Shown piece after piece: positions 59,982 through 64,000 of a stretch of DNA of 64,000 bases (within the stretch, counting starts at the first letter, position 1; the number at the start of each line of letters is the position of its first letter). The stretch is from assembly GCA_965219685.1 (NCBI GenBank), contig CBDCOH010000002.1:640001-704000 (forward strand), in the 5' to 3' direction. The notes under the pieces are model-generated. The model did not search any database, had not been told where the DNA came from, and saw only the letters and a list, made by a program, of their open reading frames with translations. The position numbers and the translations under genes were made by a program. This DNA comes from Candidatus Spongiisociaceae bacterium. GTDB taxonomy: Bacteria; Actinomycetota; Acidimicrobiia; Spongiisociales; Spongiisociaceae.

Positions 59982-61058
59982 GTGATAGCGATGCTCACGT
60001 CGGCGACGGTGGCCTTCGCGGTCGCCATCTTCGGAACCGCGTACGCAATCCGCCTGTTCCGCGCTTGGAACATCGGCCAGTTCATCCAAGAGGAACTGGA
60101 AGGCCACATGCACAAGCGCGGCACCCCCACCATGGGCGGGATCGTCATCATTCTGGCGGTGGTAGCCGGGTACGCGGCGTCCCACGTACGCCTCCTGGTC
60201 AGCGACGGTTCCGTGCAGTGGGTGGGACGCGACTACGAGTCGGCGGGACTGCTGGCTATCGGTGCCATCCTGGGGATGGGCGTGGTCGGTTTCATCGACG
60301 ACTACCAGAAGCTGTCGCGGTTCCGGAACCAGGGCTTGGGCATAGCGGCCAAGTTCGTCGGCCAGTTGGCTGTGGCGGGGTTCTTCGCGTGGGGAGCGGT
60401 GGTCTCCGGCACCTCGACCGCCATCGGGTTCACCCGACCGACTTCGCTGGATCTGGGGGCCGGTCTGTTCGCGGTCTGGGTTCTACTGATGCTCACGGGG
60501 TTTGCCAACGCGGTCAACTTCACCGATGGCCTGGACGGGCTGGCGTCGGGGTCGGGGGCGCTGGTTGCCGGCGCCTACATGATCATCGCCTTCTGGATGT
60601 TCCGGCATCCGTCCTTCTACGAAGTGGAGGGAAGCCTCGGGCTGGCGGCGGTGGCTTCCGCCATGCTCGGCGCGTGCCTCGGCTTTCTGTGGTGGAACGC
60701 AGCGCCCGCCCGAATAATCATGGGAGACGTCGGCTCTCAGGCGCTGGGAGGCGGAATGGCTGCCTTGGCGCTGCTGACCAACACCGACCTTCTGCTGGCC
60801 ATCCTCGGCGGCCTCTACGTGGTCGAGACGCTATCGGTGATCGTCCAGGTGGCGGGGTTCAGATGGTTCGGCGGTCGGAGGGTGTTCCGCATGGCGCCGA
60901 TCCACCACCACTTCGAGATGAAGCAGTGGCCCGAGACGACGATCATCACCCGATTCTGGATACTTGCCGCCATCGGCGTGGCTCTTGGACTCGGCCTCTT
61001 CTACGGCGACTTCCTGACCGGTGGAGGGGTGGACGGCCTTGCCGGAGGGACGGGATGA
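59982..61058 (+). CDS. mraY: Phospho-N-acetylmuramoyl-pentapeptide transferase
   Basis: KRGTPTMGG, GFIDD, NAVNFTDGLDGL, MGDVGS, MAPIHHHFE. Confidence 0.96.
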   Translation: MIAMLTSATVAFAVAIFGTAYAIRLFRAWNIGQFIQEELEGHMHKRGTPTMGGIVIILAVVAGYAASHVRLLVSDGSVQWVGRDYESAGLLAIGAILGMGVVGFIDDYQKLSRFRNQGLGIAAKFVGQLAVAGFFAWGAVVSGTSTAIGFTRPTSLDLGAGLFAVWVLLMLTGFANAVNFTDGLDGLASGSGALVAGAYMIIAFWMFRHPSFYEVEGSLGLAAVASAMLGACLGFLWWNAAPARIIMGDVGSQALGGGMAALALLTNTDLLLAILGGLYVVETLSVIVQVAGFRWFGGRRVFRMAPIHHHFEMKQWPETTIITRFWILAAIGVALGLGLFYGDFLTGGGVDGLAGGTG

Positions 61059-62389
61059 GGACCCTGGTACTCGGGGCCGGGATCTCAGGCCGGGCGGCCT
61101 CACGGCTCCTGGGCCGCCTTGATCTCGACCATGTCGTCTATGACCGGTGTGCTGCGAGTCTCCGTCCGCTGGCCGCTTCCGGTATAGGCACCGTATCCGG
61201 ACCGTGGGAACCATCGCTTCTGTCCGGAGTGGAACTGGTCGTCACGAGTCCGGGATTCAGTCCCTCCTCCCACCCGATCCGCGCCGCGAGCGAGGCTGGA
61301 ATACCGGTTTGGAGCGAGGTCGAGTTGGCGATCCGGCACCTGAGATGTCCGGTCGTGGCAGTAACCGGGACCAACGGCAAGACGACGGTCGTGGAGCAAG
61401 CCACCGAGATGCTCCAGGAGTCCGGCGTGAGGGCGGTTGCGGCCGGCAACATCGGCCGAGCACTGAGTGACGTGGTCCTCGACGAATGGGAGGTGGTGGT
61501 GCTGGAGGTCTCCAGCTTCCAGCTGGTCGCGACCTACTCTCTCGCCCCCCGCGTGGCGGTGATAGTCAACGTCGCCGCCGACCACCTGGACTGGCACGGG
61601 TCCCCGGCCGCATACCGAGCGGCCAAGGCGAGGATCTTCCGTCGCTTCACTTCCGAGGACCTCTTGGTCTACGACGCCGATGACCCCGGGGCCTCGGCAC
61701 TCGCGCGTATCGCTCCCGGACGCAAGGCGCCGGTCACCGGGTCGGACAGGCTTCCGGCCAACCGGTACGGATTTGTCCGGGGTGGGCTTCGCCTTCCGGC
61801 GGGCACCGTCCCGGTTAAGGAGCGGCCGACGATCGATCCCGCCTACCGGGTGAATCTCACAGCGGCGGCGGTCGCGGCAACGGAGATGGGAGCCGGGCCG
61901 GGGTCCGTGGCGGGAGTCGTCGGCCGGTTCCACCACCGGTCCCACCGCCGCGACGTGGTTGGCGAATGGGCCGGTGTGACCTGGGTCAACGACTCCAAGG
62001 CGACCAACCCTCATGCAGCGTCCGCAGCGATTCGCTGCTACCCGTCGGTCGTGCTGATCGCAGGAGGGCGCAACAAAGGTCTGGACCTGGCGCCCATCGT
62101 TGCGCTTCCCAACATCAGACTCCTTATCGGGCTCGGCGAAGCGGGACCCGAACTCCTGAGACGTTGGAGCGGCCGGCCTGGTTGCCTGGCGGGATCTATG
62201 GAGCAGGCGGTCGACATGGCGGGCGCCCGCGCCCTCAGCGGGGACACCGTCCTGCTTTCCCCGGGATGCGCCAGCTTCGACATGTTCGCTTCCTACGAGG
62301 AGCGCGGCGAGGTATTCGGTCGCCTGGTCCGCAGGTACATAGAAGCGGCCCGGGTCGCGAGAGCCGGCATCGGGAGGGATCCCGGATGA
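61055..62389 (+). CDS. murD: UDP-MurNAc-L-Ala:D-Glu ligase
   Basis: LGAGISG, VTGTNGKTT, EVSSFQL, NDSKATN, SPGCASFD; start ATG 61055. Confidence 0.95.
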   Translation: MRTLVLGAGISGRAASRLLGRLDLDHVVYDRCAASLRPLAASGIGTVSGPWEPSLLSGVELVVTSPGFSPSSHPIRAASEAGIPVWSEVELAIRHLRCPVVAVTGTNGKTTVVEQATEMLQESGVRAVAAGNIGRALSDVVLDEWEVVVLEVSSFQLVATYSLAPRVAVIVNVAADHLDWHGSPAAYRAAKARIFRRFTSEDLLVYDADDPGASALARIAPGRKAPVTGSDRLPANRYGFVRGGLRLPAGTVPVKERPTIDPAYRVNLTAAAVAATEMGAGPGSVAGVVGRFHHRSHRRDVVGEWAGVTWVNDSKATNPHAASAAIRCYPSVVLIAGGRNKGLDLAPIVALPNIRLLIGLGEAGPELLRRWSGRPGCLAGSMEQAVDMAGARALSGDTVLLSPGCASFDMFASYEERGEVFGRLVRRYIEAARVARAGIGRDPG

Positions 62390-63573
62390 CCGCGAGAGTT
62401 ACCTCCATCAGCGACCTGCGGGCACGGGTCCGTCGGCGCCACGAACTCGATCTGGCCAGATCACGGGTGGCGACCTTCGTACTGGTTCTGGTGGGCCTCC
62501 TCTTGGTCGTCGGGCTCGGCGCCATCATGTCGGCCTCATCCGTGGATGGAATCCTCGGCGAGTCGGATCGACTGGCGATTTTCAGGCGCCAGGGACGGTG
62601 GGTGATCGTCGGTATCTTCCTGATGGTCATAGCCATGCTGATCCCATACGACTGGTACAAGAGGGCCGCGGTATGGATCCTCGGGATCTCGATAGGAGGG
62701 CTGCTCCTCGTTCCGATGTTCGGTTCCACCCGCGGGGGAGCGCAGCGGTGGTTGGAGGTCGGTTCGGTCACCGTCCAGCCTTCGGAGTTCTCCAAACTAG
62801 CCGTGGTTATTTTCCTGGCGTCGGTCTTCGCTGACCGAGGCCAACGGCTCGGAGAACTTCAACAGGTCCTCGGTCCCACCGTGCTGGCCGTGGGCGTCAC
62901 CTGTACTCTGGTCGTCCTCCAGCCCGACCTGGGGACGGCCCTCATCATCGCCGGGGCCGGTGGTGGGGTGGTGCTCGCATCCGGGGTGCCCTTGAGGTAT
63001 ATCCTCGGGGGTGGGGCGCTCGCCACCGCGCTGGCGGCGGTCTCCACCCTTGCCTACCAGTACCGGCGCGAGCGATTCGCGTGCTTCGTCGATCCGCTGG
63101 CGGATCCGCTCGGAAGTTGTTTCCAACTGGCCCAGAGCCTCATGGCGTTGGGAAGTGGAAACCTGATGGGAGTCGGCTTGGGGGCGTCCCGGGCTCGCTG
63201 GGCCTTTCTCCCGAATGCCCATACCGACTTCATCTTCACGATCATCGCCGAGGAGACCGGGTTCTTCGGGGCCCTGGGGCTCCTGGCCGTACTGGCCGGC
63301 CTCTCTCTAGCCGGGATCTGGATCGCATACCGGACCGGAGACCCGTTCGCCCGCCTGCTGGCCAGCGGCATAACCGCCTGGTTGAGCGGGCAGTCGATCG
63401 TCAACGTGGGCGGCGTGGTCGGTGTGATTCCTGTGACCGGTCTGGCGCTTCCCTTCGTTTCGGTCGGCGGGAGCGCCATGGTGGCCGCCCTCGTGGCGGC
63501 GGGGATACTGGTCAACATCGCCCGTACCGCACCGCATCCTCGCGTGCCCAAGCCAAGTGGAGACCGTCAATGA
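62386..63573 (+). CDS. ftsW: Peptidoglycan glycosyltransferase FtsW
   Basis: GAQRW, QPSEFSK, QPDLGT, HTDFIF, GLALPFVSVGGS; start ATG 62386. Confidence 0.95.
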   Translation: MTARVTSISDLRARVRRRHELDLARSRVATFVLVLVGLLLVVGLGAIMSASSVDGILGESDRLAIFRRQGRWVIVGIFLMVIAMLIPYDWYKRAAVWILGISIGGLLLVPMFGSTRGGAQRWLEVGSVTVQPSEFSKLAVVIFLASVFADRGQRLGELQQVLGPTVLAVGVTCTLVVLQPDLGTALIIAGAGGGVVLASGVPLRYILGGGALATALAAVSTLAYQYRRERFACFVDPLADPLGSCFQLAQSLMALGSGNLMGVGLGASRARWAFLPNAHTDFIFTIIAEETGFFGALGLLAVLAGLSLAGIWIAYRTGDPFARLLASGITAWLSGQSIVNVGGVVGVIPVTGLALPFVSVGGSAMVAALVAAGILVNIARTAPHPRVPKPSGDRQ

Positions 63574-64000
63574 CCTTCGCCATTGCAGCGGCGGGGACGG
63601 GTGGCCACATCTACCCCGGACTGGCTGTGGCCGAGCAACTGGTGGCGGCCGGGGTCGAGAAGAGACACATCCTGTTTCTCGGCGGTGACCGCATGGAAGC
63701 GGACCTGATCCCCCGTGAAGGGTTCCCCTTCGTGCGTCTCGAGCTGCAGGGACTGGTGCGGAGCCTGTCGACCCGCAACCTTCGGTTACCCGGGGTCGTG
63801 TGGAGGGCCGCGCGGAGGGCGAGCCGCGAGATTGCGGCGCACGGGGTGGCTTCGGTGCTGTGCACGGGAGGGTACGTCACCGTGCCCGTCGCGGCGGCAG
63901 CCCGACGACGGGGCGTCGCCCTCTACCTGCACGAGCAGAATTACGAGGCAGGACTGGCGAACCGGTTGGCAGGCCGCTGGGCGGATCGATCCTTCGTGTC
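63570..64000 (+). CDS. murG: MurG glycosyltransferase (partial)
   Basis: Own translation from ATG 63570: MTFAIAAAGTGGHIYPGLAVAE...TGGYV...HEQN. Confidence 0.93.
   Translation, partial: MTFAIAAAGTGGHIYPGLAVAEQLVAAGVEKRHILFLGGDRMEADLIPREGFPFVRLELQGLVRSLSTRNLRLPGVVWRAARRASREIAAHGVASVLCTGGYVTVPVAAAARRRGVALYLHEQNYEAGLANRLAGRWADRSFV

Overview
High-GC, gene-dense core-genome window from an actinobacterium, most likely class Acidimicrobiia (inferred from the actinobacterial dinB/DUF3040/mraZ context, short LeuB, ilvB/leuA leaders and frequent leaderless starts). Left to right it contains: a System I cytochrome c maturation operon (ccmABCDEFH plus a partial ccmI-like gene, including a 39-aa ccmD the ORF track missed); DUF4003 and glgC; a his operon headed by a TrpR-like regulator; amidase, vapBC and a detached hisA; ybdK/TrmH/nitroreductase; split pntAB; ilvBNC-leuA-leuB with two leader peptides; NYN, CBS and ilvD; phosphoesterase, UvrD-HRDC, SRPBCC, Hsp20 and ROK; SulP and MFS; fabDHG-acpP-fabF; dinB, MerR, HNH and Fur; and the dcw cluster (mraZ to murG, no murF). 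I saw no rRNA, tRNA, CRISPR array, transposase or prophage. The most unusual signal is non-coding. About 15 intergenic spacers carry 7-nt tandem repeats (GGTGART, GGTAGTC, GGTTGAT, CCGTTGT types), up to 54 units. On the + strand the G/T-rich arm lies on the left and the C/A-rich arm on the right, whatever the orientation of the flanking genes. The arms start at gene stop codons and often end just before -10 hexamers. All product calls come from motif recognition by eye; no database searches were run.
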